Source of the DNA: a virus
Lineage: Duplodnaviria; Caudoviricetes
Direction: 5' to 3' (one strand)
DNA length: 64,000 nt
IMG/VR virus record: IMGVR_UViG_3300006169_000009
Coordinates: 32,001-96,000 of that record
Shown: in pieces, positions 48,538-57,898 of the stretch
Layout: the number at the start of each line of letters is the position of its first letter
Position numbering within the stretch: position 1 is the first letter of the stretch
Made by a program: the position numbers and the translations under genes
Notes under the pieces: generated by a model
Told to the model about the DNA's origin: nothing
Seen by the model: the letters and a program-made list of their open reading frames with translations, nothing else
Databases searched by the model: none

Positions 48538-49644
48538 TCAGGCGTGGCTCTTGCGGTACCTGCGAACCGAGGCCTCGCTGGTGCGGTAGCCCAGTTCCTG
48601 GATGCGGCGAGCAGCGGGCTTGTGGCCCTCCTCGCTGCGCAGGATGCGGCGTACCCTCGGGTCGTTGTCCGCGATGTCGAGCAAGGTCACCTTGGCCTGC
48701 TCGTAGCCAGCCTCAGCGTCCGAAGGCTGCACGTCCTGGACCCCGTTGTCGGCGTCGAGCGAGTCCTGGACCTCGTTGAGCGTGGCCAGCGCCTCGCCGT
48801 CCTGGCGAGCGTAGACCTCGGCCAGCGCAGCGTCACGGTCGGTGGAGTCGAACGTGCGGACGCTGTACTTGTCCGAGGTGGCGTGCAGGACCCGGTACCG
48901 GCAGGTGCGGAACTTGTCACCGGCTCCGCCCCCGACCACGTCGCGAGGGTTGACCTCGACCACGAGCAGCAGTTGGGTCGAGCCGGTGTGGAACGTGGAG
49001 GCGTACGACCAGGTGCCGACGTGCAGCCCGTAGGAGCAGTCGTTGGTCTTGGACGAGTCGACCTCGGAGCGAGGGACGGTCACGACCGCACCCAGCGGGT
49101 TGGGGATGCGACCCGACTGGGGCTCACCGTCCACGAACACCTGGGTGGTGCCGGTCGACCAGGACAGGTTCAGCCCGTCGGTGCTGTCGACGCTCTTGTA
49201 CCCGATGATCTTGCCGTCCCGGGTGAGCGTGACGTCCTCGGACTCGACCCACTCCCAGAGGCTCTCGCGCACCTCGGGATCGGGGTTGGACGAGAGGTTC
49301 TCCAGGAAGTTGACGAGGCTGTCGACGTCAGCGTCCTGGTCGGCCCGGACCAGTTCGACCACACGGTCGGACAGAGCGGAGCGAACCGGGTCACCGTCGA
49401 AGAACAGGCGGCCACCGGAGTAGGAGACGCGCTCGCTCAGCGACTGGAGGTGCAGGCCGATGGTGGTCTCAGCGTCGAGCAGGCGGGAGACGTAGGCCTC
49501 GTCGTGGTCGGCCTCGGGCGTGCGCTCGAAGTAGTCCTGGACCGCCCCGAACTTGGGGTGGGTCTCGGAGATGGTCGCCTGGACCGAGGACCCGATGACC
49601 ACGAGTGTGGTGGAGTCGCCGTAGGCGAGGGACTGATACAGCAT
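48538..49644 (-). CDS. rIIB: RIIB-like protein with C-terminal HTH
   Basis: NFLENL..NP, LTRDG..IGYKSV, CSYGLHVG, VEVNPRDVV, KFRTCRY. Confidence 0.88.
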   Translation of the reverse strand: MLYQSLAYGDSTTLVVIGSSVQATISETHPKFGAVQDYFERTPEADHDEAYVSRLLDAETTIGLHLQSLSERVSYSGGRLFFDGDPVRSALSDRVVELVRADQDADVDSLVNFLENLSSNPDPEVRESLWEWVESEDVTLTRDGKIIGYKSVDSTDGLNLSWSTGTTQVFVDGEPQSGRIPNPLGAVVTVPRSEVDSSKTNDCSYGLHVGTWSYASTFHTGSTQLLLVVEVNPRDVVGGGAGDKFRTCRYRVLHATSDKYSVRTFDSTDRDAALAEVYARQDGEALATLNEVQDSLDADNGVQDVQPSDAEAGYEQAKVTLLDIADNDPRVRRILRSEEGHKPAARRIQELGYRTSEASVRRYRKSHA

Positions 49645-49816
49645 GTGGGTTGAGCCTTTCGTGTGGTGGATCGGATGGATGGTGCTGTGGTGCGGGGGTG
49701 CTCCCGTCTCTGCCAGGGACATCGGGAGCCTTGCGTGCCTGGCCAACCCCTTGAACTACCAGGATGAGGGGTGGCAAGTCTCGGTGTCAAGAGGCTTGCC
49801 ACCTCCCGTTCGTTCT

Positions 49817-51964
49817 TTACTCCTCCTCTCCGCACTCGCAGTCGTCCTCGGTGACCTCGCACGTGGGGCACACGGCGATGGGCGAGGTGCTGTTGATGTA
49901 GGTCACGGCGTGACCGTGAGCCTTCGGCATGCGCCGGGCGTAGTAGGAGTCAATGGCCTTCAGCAGTGGCCAGTGCTCCTCGATGTTGACGTACAGCGAC
50001 TCACCCGAGACCACGTCCTTGGAGACCACGTTCCACCGGCTCAGCGATTCGATCTCGGCCAGCCGGTCCTCGTAGAGGTCCACGATCTCCTCGGCATCCG
50101 CCAGCGCCCGGAAGGGAGCCAGGAACGTCTCGTTGGTGATGTCATCCCAGACCTCGGCCAACCGGTTGCGCCAGTTACGCAGCGCGTTGTTCTCGTAGTT
50201 GCTCATGGTGGCCTTGGCCTTCAGGATCTCCATGTCGTCCTCGGACAGGCTCTGGGCCTGCGAGGCTGCGTACTCCTGGAGCACCTTGGGACCGTAGACA
50301 GCCTCGGGCACCCGCTTCAGCAGCGCGTTCTCCGACTGGGTCGGGTACAGCGTGATGACCGTGTAGCCCTTGGTGGCAGCCTTGACCAGCGCGTCGTTGG
50401 ACAGCCAGCGCCTGTGCTCGGTCCAGCCGTCCTCGAAGTAGAGGATCGGGTCGCCGTACTCCAGGATCTCGCTCAGCGGGGTACGGTCCTCGACCTCGCG
50501 CTCCGCGCCGAAACCCTCGGTGTAGTGGGCCTCCGAGACCCGAGGCTTGCCGTCGGGGGTCACCCGCAGGCTACGCAGTTGGGCCTTGAACTCGTCCACG
50601 GTCCAGGTCTTGACCGGAGCCGTCTTGCCGAACGAGAACCAGTCGACCTTGCCCCGGCTCTTGCTCGTCTGGAGGACGTACTTGGGGACCTCGGGGTGCT
50701 CTTCGAGCATCTTCTTCAGGCCACGCAGAGGCTTCTCCGGCTTCTCCACGCCCGTGACGACCAGGACCCGGTCGGCGTCGTACGCGTTACCGATGACGAA
50801 GTCCTTCTGCGGGTCACCCACGACCATGGTCGCCCGGTTGTAGTAGCGCTTGACCATGCCGTACCCGAACAGGTCGGTCTTGACCTCGCCCAGGCTCTTG
50901 CCCTGGTAGGTGAGGTCATCGCCCTCGAACCCGAACATCTCCAGCAGCCCGGCCTGGTCCTTGCGGACGCGGCTGGCCTCGAAGTAGGAGCCAGCGGTGT
51001 CGACGGCGATCTGAGCGTTGCGGGTCAGAGTCGCAGCAGCCTTGGTGACAGCCTCGCGGATCGCCTTCAGCGTGCGGCTGGTGTCGCTCAGCGCCTCACG
51101 GCTGGGGGCGATGTTGACCGCACCGATGGGGACCTCGAAGAGGACTCCGACCTTGCGGCTGTACCCGTTGGAGAGCACGTTGGCGAGCCGGTGGGCATCA
51201 CCCTGGAGACCGCCAGCGACCTTCTCCATGATGTCCTCGGAGACCGGGTACGCGACCGTGCCCATGAGCACCCGGACCCGGTTGTTGGCCGTGGTGTACC
51301 ACGTGGTGTCGTCCAGCGTGGTGGTCTCGGGGTGCTCGAAAAACGACTCGGGAGCCTGGCCGTCAACCAGGACGGTACCCGGCTTCCAGGTGGCAAAGAA
51401 CTTGTAGGCCTCGGAGTGGGTCTCGCGCACGCTCTTGACCGGCAGGTTGACCTCGACCCCGTTGGGCTCGTCGGTCAGCCCCTCGCTCAGGACCGTCATC
51501 TGGCCCACGTGGTCATCGTTGAGCGCAAACAGAACCTTGGCCTCGAAGCCGTCCTTGCGCCCGGTGACGATGAACTGGCTGCCCATGGTGAACGCAGCCT
51601 TGGAACCGATGCCCAGCGCGCCGACCTGCTCGTCGCTGTCGCGCTTGGTGCTCGCACCGTAGGTACCGAAGACCTTGATGATCTCGTCCTTGGTCAGCCC
51701 GGTGCCGAAGTCGCGGATGATGAGGTTGCTGCCCCAGTCGCCCGGCAGCGTGACCTCGATGGGCCGGTGCGTCATGAACGCCTCGATGTGGGAGTCCCAC
51801 GCGTTGCAGGCGTACTCCCGGATGACCGCGAGGGTCCGGTTGGAGTACTGGTTGCTCAGCACGGACATGATGTGCCCGATGCCGTCTCCGTCGATGCCCA
51901 TGGACGTGGCACCGAGGGAGGAGATGTTGCCGGTCGTCTCGACCTGGCCGGTGATGTTCTTCAC
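49817..51964 (-). CDS. rIIA: RIIA-like protein (GHKL ATPase)
   Basis: YSN..AVIREYACNAWDSH, IRDFGTG, YGASTK, GALGIGSK; adjacent to rIIB. Confidence 0.9.
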   Translation of the reverse strand: MKNITGQVETTGNISSLGATSMGIDGDGIGHIMSVLSNQYSNRTLAVIREYACNAWDSHIEAFMTHRPIEVTLPGDWGSNLIIRDFGTGLTKDEIIKVFGTYGASTKRDSDEQVGALGIGSKAAFTMGSQFIVTGRKDGFEAKVLFALNDDHVGQMTVLSEGLTDEPNGVEVNLPVKSVRETHSEAYKFFATWKPGTVLVDGQAPESFFEHPETTTLDDTTWYTTANNRVRVLMGTVAYPVSEDIMEKVAGGLQGDAHRLANVLSNGYSRKVGVLFEVPIGAVNIAPSREALSDTSRTLKAIREAVTKAAATLTRNAQIAVDTAGSYFEASRVRKDQAGLLEMFGFEGDDLTYQGKSLGEVKTDLFGYGMVKRYYNRATMVVGDPQKDFVIGNAYDADRVLVVTGVEKPEKPLRGLKKMLEEHPEVPKYVLQTSKSRGKVDWFSFGKTAPVKTWTVDEFKAQLRSLRVTPDGKPRVSEAHYTEGFGAEREVEDRTPLSEILEYGDPILYFEDGWTEHRRWLSNDALVKAATKGYTVITLYPTQSENALLKRVPEAVYGPKVLQEYAASQAQSLSEDDMEILKAKATMSNYENNALRNWRNRLAEVWDDITNETFLAPFRALADAEEIVDLYEDRLAEIESLSRWNVVSKDVVSGESLYVNIEEHWPLLKAIDSYYARRMPKAHGHAVTYINSTSPIAVCPTCEVTEDDCECGEEE

Positions 51965-52035
51965 GCGCCCTCCTGAGGCTCTGTGGTGGTGTGACTCTTC
52001 GAGTATGGGGCCTAGCGCCGACAAGCGCAACCCCT

Positions 52036-52631
52036 TTACCGATATTGGTTACGTGCCCTTGCTCGGGCCAGCCAGGTCAAGTTGCGAGCAGCGGCTCGAC
52101 GCTCCGGGTGAAAATAAGGTGACCCGTCACATGTCCAGCCAGGCTCGGCTCCGCACGCAGTACACGCGATCTGGAGAGGAGAGACCGGAGGCGGGTCGGT
52201 GACCTTGTGTCTCGCCCAGCCTGCCAGCCCTCGGGCGACCACGATCACGCCCCACAGGCCGACGAGCGCGATGATGAAGAGGATCACGATGATCCCGGTG
52301 CCTGCGGCTTCCATCACTCACTCTCCAGGTGACAGGTGCAGTAGTCGACGCAGAACCTGCGCTGGTTGCGGCAGCCTCGCTTGACCCGGTACTCGTCCCG
52401 GATCTCGCGAGCCTCAGCCATCTGCGCGCCTACCCCGTACGTGTAGTGGTGGGCCGCACGTGCATCCCGTTCCGCCTGGGCCTCACGAGCACCCGCCATG
52501 AGAGCGAACACAGCACCGATAGCCAGCATCTCCGGCAGAGGAGAGTCGTACGAGGCCTGCGCAGGCTGCATCGGCGGCGGACTGCCGGTCATGTACGCCA
52601 TCGCAGTGTCCTGCGCGTACTGGTTGTTCAT
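52036..52631 (-). other. Two small membrane / Cys-rich CDSs (52036..52317, 52314..52631)
   Basis: Transmembrane segments and Cys/His clusters. Confidence 0.6.
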
Positions 52632-52703
52632 CGTGGCACTCTCCTCGGTTGGGAGCGAGGAGCGGGGGATGCGTGATCACCCCGCCCCTCACTGATCATG
52701 GTG

Positions 52704-53615
52704 TCAGTACTGGGCCTTGAAGTTCGGGTCACCGAAGTGCCCGCTGCGTACCTGCTTCTCGACCCGCTTGCGCGCCGTGGCGAGCGCCTTGTCGTAGTCA
52801 TACTCGACGCCCTTGGCCTTCAGCGCTGCCCGGCAGGCCACGATGTTGGCGAGCCAGGATGCGCCGTCCGGGTGGCTCACGCCGTAGAGGCAGAGCGAGG
52901 AGAGGTCGCTGGCGATGGCGTTGGTGACAGCGCGAACGCTCTTGAAGACCTTGATCTTCGCCCGCGAGCCGTACTCGGAGTAGCCCTCAACCTCGACCTT
53001 GGCCTCGTCGGCAGCCTGACGCTTGGCCTCACGCTCGGCGCGAGCGGCCTGCTGGTCGCGCTCGACGTCCGAGAAGATCTGCGTGGGCCGCGAGAGCACC
53101 TCGACCGGAGCAGACGGGTAGCAGACGGTACAGGCGCGCTCCCCGGCCTTGGCCACGATCTCGTCCTCGTCGGCACCGGACAGGTCGGTGACCCAGTAGT
53201 ACTGGGTGCCCGCGAAGCAGGTCGAGCAGAAGCGGTCCTTGTGGACGTGGCCGTTGGACTGGGCGACCAGGAAGGCACGGGTCCAGCCACCACGGCGAGC
53301 GAACTCGTTGTCGAGCACGCCTGCCTCGCGAAGCCGGTCCTGGAGAGCCGTGCGCGCAGTGGCCAGGTCATCGATCACGTCATCGGCCCGGCTGCTGCCC
53401 TGTGCAGCGCTCCGCCATAGGTTGCGCATGACCTCCTCGTGGTCCTGCTCCCAGCCCCCGAACCGGTTCTTGGTGTCGCCCACGGTGCGGTGCGCCCGGT
53501 CGACTGCCCGGCTGATGGCGTCCTCGGCCTTGGCGATCTCGCCGTTGAGGCGGGCCAACTCGGTGTCGATCTCGACGGGCGTCTGCTCGGCCAGCGGTGT
53601 GGTGGTCTGCGTCAT
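52704..53615 (-). CDS. Conserved actinophage Zn-binding hypothetical protein (leaderless)
   Basis: WTRAFLV..NGHVH...CSTC...ACTVCYPSAP; promoter immediately upstream. Confidence 0.75.
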   Translation of the reverse strand: MTQTTTPLAEQTPVEIDTELARLNGEIAKAEDAISRAVDRAHRTVGDTKNRFGGWEQDHEEVMRNLWRSAAQGSSRADDVIDDLATARTALQDRLREAGVLDNEFARRGGWTRAFLVAQSNGHVHKDRFCSTCFAGTQYYWVTDLSGADEDEIVAKAGERACTVCYPSAPVEVLSRPTQIFSDVERDQQAARAEREAKRQAADEAKVEVEGYSEYGSRAKIKVFKSVRAVTNAIASDLSSLCLYGVSHPDGASWLANIVACRAALKAKGVEYDYDKALATARKRVEKQVRSGHFGDPNFKAQY

Positions 53616-53656
53616 GCCTCCAGTATGAGGCATGGGCACCTGGCCGCGCAAGGGGT

Positions 53657-54085
53657 TTAGCGGAACTGCTGTCCATTCAGCATGGCGGACCCGGAGTCCA
53701 TCTGCTGCTGGAGGCCAGCCATGCCGGGTCGCTGCTTAGGCTCGCGAGGCCGAGACATCCATGCCCACTGGGCCTGGTTGGCAGCGAACGATCCGACCCT
53801 GGTGCGTGACATCTTGTCGATGCCCTGGTAGGCGGACATGCCTCGGTCGGCCCAGCGGCCAGCAGCCTGCTGGACGGCTCCGGGGGCTCGGTGTGCAGGC
53901 GCAGCATCCTGCATCATGTGGCGACCGGCTCCCAGCGCGCTGCGGGCCATGCCGGTGCCCTCGCTGGCTCCCAGCCCGGCTGCTGCCCGGCCTCCCTGGA
54001 ACGATGCGGCTCGACCAGCGGTGCCTGCGACACGGGCGATCATCGGCGCGGCCCGCGCTACTCCAGCGATGATGGCAGGGATCAT
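53657..54085 (-). CDS. Ala/Gly-rich protein ending in LNGQQFR
   Basis: GGAGG RBS before ATG 54085. Confidence 0.65.
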   Translation of the reverse strand: MIPAIIAGVARAAPMIARVAGTAGRAASFQGGRAAAGLGASEGTGMARSALGAGRHMMQDAAPAHRAPGAVQQAAGRWADRGMSAYQGIDKMSRTRVGSFAANQAQWAWMSRPREPKQRPGMAGLQQQMDSGSAMLNGQQFR

Positions 54086-54116
54086 GTCACACCTCCAGCC
54101 TCCATGGTAGCCGGGA

Positions 54117-56343
54117 TCAGACCTCCAGGTGAGGCCGAGGAAGGTCGGCCACCGGCTCACGGATGCAGATGCAGACCTCCCGGACAGCCCGGTACTCGGC
54201 CTTGCCCGACTCCTCGGCGTTGTGCAGACGCACGTTGTCCTCCGCGATCTGCTGGACCGGCTCTCGGTACAGGTCGTACCAGTCCCGCAGCGTGGCGGGC
54301 ACAGAGCGCTCCTCGCCGCCGTCCAGCACCCGGCGCTGGACGACGAAGTTCACGACGGTGGTCTGCTCCATGGCCTCAGCCTACGCTCCTCAGTCCGGGA
54401 TGACTACGGCTCGCCGGTCGGCGGGCGCGTCTGTTGCGATGTACTTGTGCCACGAGGCCAGGTTCGCCTTGCTTGCCTTGATCCTGGCCCGCAGCGCGTT
54501 GCGCTCGGCGCGGGTGTGCCCACCTCGGGCGAGCAGCGACTCCAGCGCGGCGATCTCGTCCAGCCTCTTGGCGATCATGTCGCCCGCGCTGTCCATGCTG
54601 GTCTCCTCACGCCGGAACGGCGAGAGGTAGGCCGGGCCGGGCCGGTCCGCTGTTGGCGAGAACCGGCTCCGGGTATAGGCGCGAGCCATCAGACGCCCCG
54701 CGCCTTGCGACAGCGCTCGCACGCCTTGTGGCTACGCTGCCCGCTGGGGAGGTCCGAGGGGCTGAACCGGGCCATGCGGCGGGCATCGCGCCCACACATG
54801 GTGCGCGGGTAGGCTGCGCCTCGGTTGAGGTCGTGCCAGACGGTGCTGCCTCCGAACGAGCGAGCAACGGTGGGGGTGGTGGTCATCGTCATGGCTCCAG
54901 TATGGAGGATGGAAGGGGTCTCGCGCCAGCCCTTTCGCAGAGATGGCGCGAGACTTTACCTCAGTCCTCGTCCTCCTCCTGGTCGCCCTCGAAGTCGATG
55001 AAGGCGTCCAGGTGCAGGGCGGTGATCACTTCCCTGGCCGAGATCCAGGTCTGGCCACGGAACTCCACGCCCTCGGGCAGGTCGATCCGCTCGTCCAGGA
55101 TGTCCTCGAAGAGGAAGCCCTCGGGGAACGGATGGGCGCTGGCAGCGATCTCCAGCGCCTCCTCGGCCACGCTGAGCATGCTCGGCGGCGGGGGCGGGAA
55201 GAGGTTGGTGGCGAGGTGGGCGCGAAGCCCGGCAGTGCCGAACTCTGCGAGTCCAGCGGCAACGGTGTGTCCCATCAGGAGGCCTCCCGGTCCTGTCGGA
55301 GATCTTCACGGGTCTGCTTGGCCTGACGCTGCGCCAGCGCCTTGGTCTTGTGCTCGGAGTCCTCCATGCCGTCCACCAGGACGACCCAGGCTCCTCCGAT
55401 CTTCTGCACGGACACGCGGTGCGGAGGCACCTCGATGCCGGAACGTAGTCTCACGGTCAGTCCTCCTGTCGGACGGGTTCGGGGGTGGGGAGGCCGACAG
55501 CGGCCACGAGGACCGCCATCAGCACGGCGAAGACGAGCACGGTGATCATCAGACCTCCCTTGCCAGGACGTCAACGTAACGCAGTTGGTCGACCGCGCCG
55601 TTGATGACGTAAGTACGGACGTCCTCACGGATGGCTGCCCTATCCGGGCCGACTCCGTAATTCTCCTCCCACGCCTGGGGGTCGATGTCGACGGTGAACG
55701 AGACCTTGACCTTCATCAGGCCTCACCCCTTCCAGAGGGGACGCGGCGAACGCTCGCTGCCCTGCGCCGGGCCACGAACGCGGCCTGCGCCGCTTCAATG
55801 CGGGCGCGCTTCTGAGCCTGCGTCTCCGGGCCACGGGGGCGGAGCGCCTTGGTCACCTGCTGCTGGATCATGCGGTGGTCCTCTCTGTGGTGTCCCACCC
55901 ATTGTCTCATGGGCAAGGGCTGCGGCGCAACCCCTTTCACAGATTCCTTCGAGCGCGCCTGATGCTGTTGAGCGTGAGCCCGTGCTTGCCTACAGCCTCG
56001 TGCAGACGTCCCTCGACCCAGGAGGTGTCCAGGTCACCAGCCGCCTTGTCGGTGTTGTGCCGCCAGACCTCCAGCAGCGCCTCCGAGACCAAGGCGCTGG
56101 CATCCTTCAGCCTCTCCTCGGCCTGCTCCAGGTCGGCTCGAAGTGCCTGCATCCTGGCTCCCTCCACGCTCATCGGAACGCTCCGGGTCGGATGTCGAGC
56201 GGCAGCCCGTGCTCGGCGGCGACCTGCTCGGCCACCTCGCGGTGCCGGATCGTGTCGACCAAGGCGACCCGGCCAGCGCGCACCAGCAGCAGTTCAGTGA
56301 CCTGACGGTCGCCGTGCCACTGAGCCACGAGACGGGCGGCCAT
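54117..56343 (-). other. Run of small hypothetical CDSs (54117..54371, 54390..about 54689, 54689..54892, 54961..55275, 55716..55872, 55937..56173, 56170..56343)
   Basis: Coupled ORFs behind repeated promoters. Confidence 0.55.
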
Positions 56344-56867
56344 CAGTCGAGCCTGCTCTGGCTGTAGGCCTTGACCCCGGCCTCACGCAGGACGCCCGCG
56401 AAGGCTGCGGCGTGAGCGGACTTTCGCTCGATGGACTGGCGGTGCTCGGAGACCCAGACCTGGATGCCACCGTTGTAGGCTGCCCTGCCGTGTCCGGCCT
56501 TGACCAGCCAGCGAGCGAACGAAGAGTTGCCGGGCCGAACGAGCACCCATGCGAACCCGCACGGACCGGCAGGCTCGACCCAGCGCTCGACCACGGGGCT
56601 GTTGTCGTCCAGCGGATTGGCGTGGCGCTCGACCACCATCGTGGTCGGGGTGACCGCCTCGGCAGCCTCCATCCCCGCCTTGTGGGCGCGGGCGAAGAGG
56701 TCGGCGTGGGCAGCGGTGCGGCTCTCGCGAGCAGCGTCCTGGCTCGCGATCATGCGCTTCCAGCGCTCGCGGGCCTCGGCCTTGTGGGTGACGCAGTACT
56801 TCGACTTGCCGCTACGCGGCTGCCTGCAGGGAGCCATGTCCCAGGCGCATGTGGTGGAGTCGGTCAT
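56343..56867 (-). CDS. Conserved phage hypothetical protein (leaderless)
   Basis: GPCGFAWV..., QSIERK..AAAFA..L...G..AY..SRLD. Confidence 0.75.
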   Translation of the reverse strand: MTDSTTCAWDMAPCRQPRSGKSKYCVTHKAEARERWKRMIASQDAARESRTAAHADLFARAHKAGMEAAEAVTPTTMVVERHANPLDDNSPVVERWVEPAGPCGFAWVLVRPGNSSFARWLVKAGHGRAAYNGGIQVWVSEHRQSIERKSAHAAAFAGVLREAGVKAYSQSRLD

Positions 56868-56943
56868 GAGACCAGTGTGGGGCATGGATCGGATCTGCGC
56901 AAGGGGTTTGACAGATTGCCTCGCGATGCCTCACCATGGACTC
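56868..56943. promoter_or_regulatory. Divergent pair of leaderless promoters
   Basis: Minus: TTGCGC-N17-CACACT-6nt-ATG. Plus: TTGACA(56908)-N18-CACCAT-6nt-ATG(56944). Confidence 0.65.
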
Positions 56944-57216
56944 ATGACCACCACACCTGTCACCCGCACCGTCGAGATGGTCTTCTCGACCCTCCAGGGA
57001 CCGCGCTTCAACGAGCACCGACACGACGCGGTCGCTCTCTTCCGGGCCGACCTCGACCGAGACGCCATCGTGGAGTCCCAGTCACAGGCCTCGGTCGTGA
57101 GCGCGGCCTTCCGCGTTCGCTTCGCCAGCGAGGCCGAGGTCGACAGCCTCGTGGCCCGCGCTGCCCAGGCCGCAGGCGGCTGGGTCAACTTCGACACCGT
57201 GGTCTGGGGGAGGTGA
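56944..57216 (+). CDS. Hypothetical protein
   Basis: Leaderless ATG after the plus-strand promoter; good codon usage. Confidence 0.6.
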   Translation: MTTTPVTRTVEMVFSTLQGPRFNEHRHDAVALFRADLDRDAIVESQSQASVVSAAFRVRFASEAEVDSLVARAAQAAGGWVNFDTVVWGR

Positions 57217-57604
57217 CCCCGGAACGGCTGAGCGAGGACGTCGCCCACGAGAGGAGAGACCGCCCGGCGTACTCGCTCAGCCGTTCGAACCCGCCTCTGG
57301 CTCCCAGCAGGACCCAGCCGTCGTGCCGGAGCAGCGGGACCGCTGCGGTGTCGCAAGGCAGGATCCAGCCGTCCTGCGCGGCCAGGTCTTCGTGGGCGTG
57401 GATCCAGCGGTGGCACTTGACACAGACCAGCACGAGGTTGTACAGCCGGTTGCGCCCGCCCTGGTCCTGACGGTGCCGGTGGTGGCGGCTGCCGTCTTCG
57501 AGCGCCGGACCCAATTGATGGATGATTCGTCCGCATCTCTCGCATTGCCCGTCGGCCCGAAACCATAGAGCCTTGCGCTGCGAGATCTTGTTGGTGTTAC
57601 GCAT
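57185..57604 (-). CDS. HNH endonuclease
   Basis: RADGQCERCG...HHRH..QGG.N..YNLVLVCVKCHRWIH. Confidence 0.88.
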   Translation of the reverse strand: MRNTNKISQRKALWFRADGQCERCGRIIHQLGPALEDGSRHHRHRQDQGGRNRLYNLVLVCVKCHRWIHAHEDLAAQDGWILPCDTAAVPLLRHDGWVLLGARGGFERLSEYAGRSLLSWATSSLSRSGVTSPRPRCRS

Positions 57605-57605
57605 C

Positions 57606-57727
57606 GATTCGTCCGAGATTCGTCGTGCAGCCGGGGCCGGATTCGTTGAAGATTCGTCGGCAGATTCGAGCCCGGATTCGTTGAAGATTCGTCGTGCAAT
57701 CCAGGGCCGGATTCATACAAGATTCGT
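57606..57727. repeat. Helically phased GATTC(G) array
   Basis: GATTC at 57606, 57617, 57640, 57651, 57663, 57675, 57686, 57710 and 57721. Confidence 0.85.
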
Positions 57728-57898
57728 CCCGTAACCCTGGCAGTGGAGGCAGTCCGCACCGTCATCGTCCTGCCCGGATCCGTAGCACCGCTTGCAGTCG
57801 ACTTCACGCCGGACGAACTCACCCTTCTCGGGGGCTCCATCGTCCGAACCGTTGTGAACGTCGTTCCAGGCCTCTTCGTGGCTGTACGAGTTACTCAC
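57713..57898 (-). CDS. Small DnaJ-type Zn-finger protein
   Basis: CKRCYGSG...CLHCQGYG. Confidence 0.65.
   Translation of the reverse strand: MSNSYSHEEAWNDVHNGSDDGAPEKGEFVRREVDCKRCYGSGQDDDGADCLHCQGYGTNLV

Noticed and set aside
57606-57727. CRISPR array
   Set aside because: The repeat unit is only 5-7 bp with 5-18-bp gaps; no unique 25-40-bp spacers and no cas genes.
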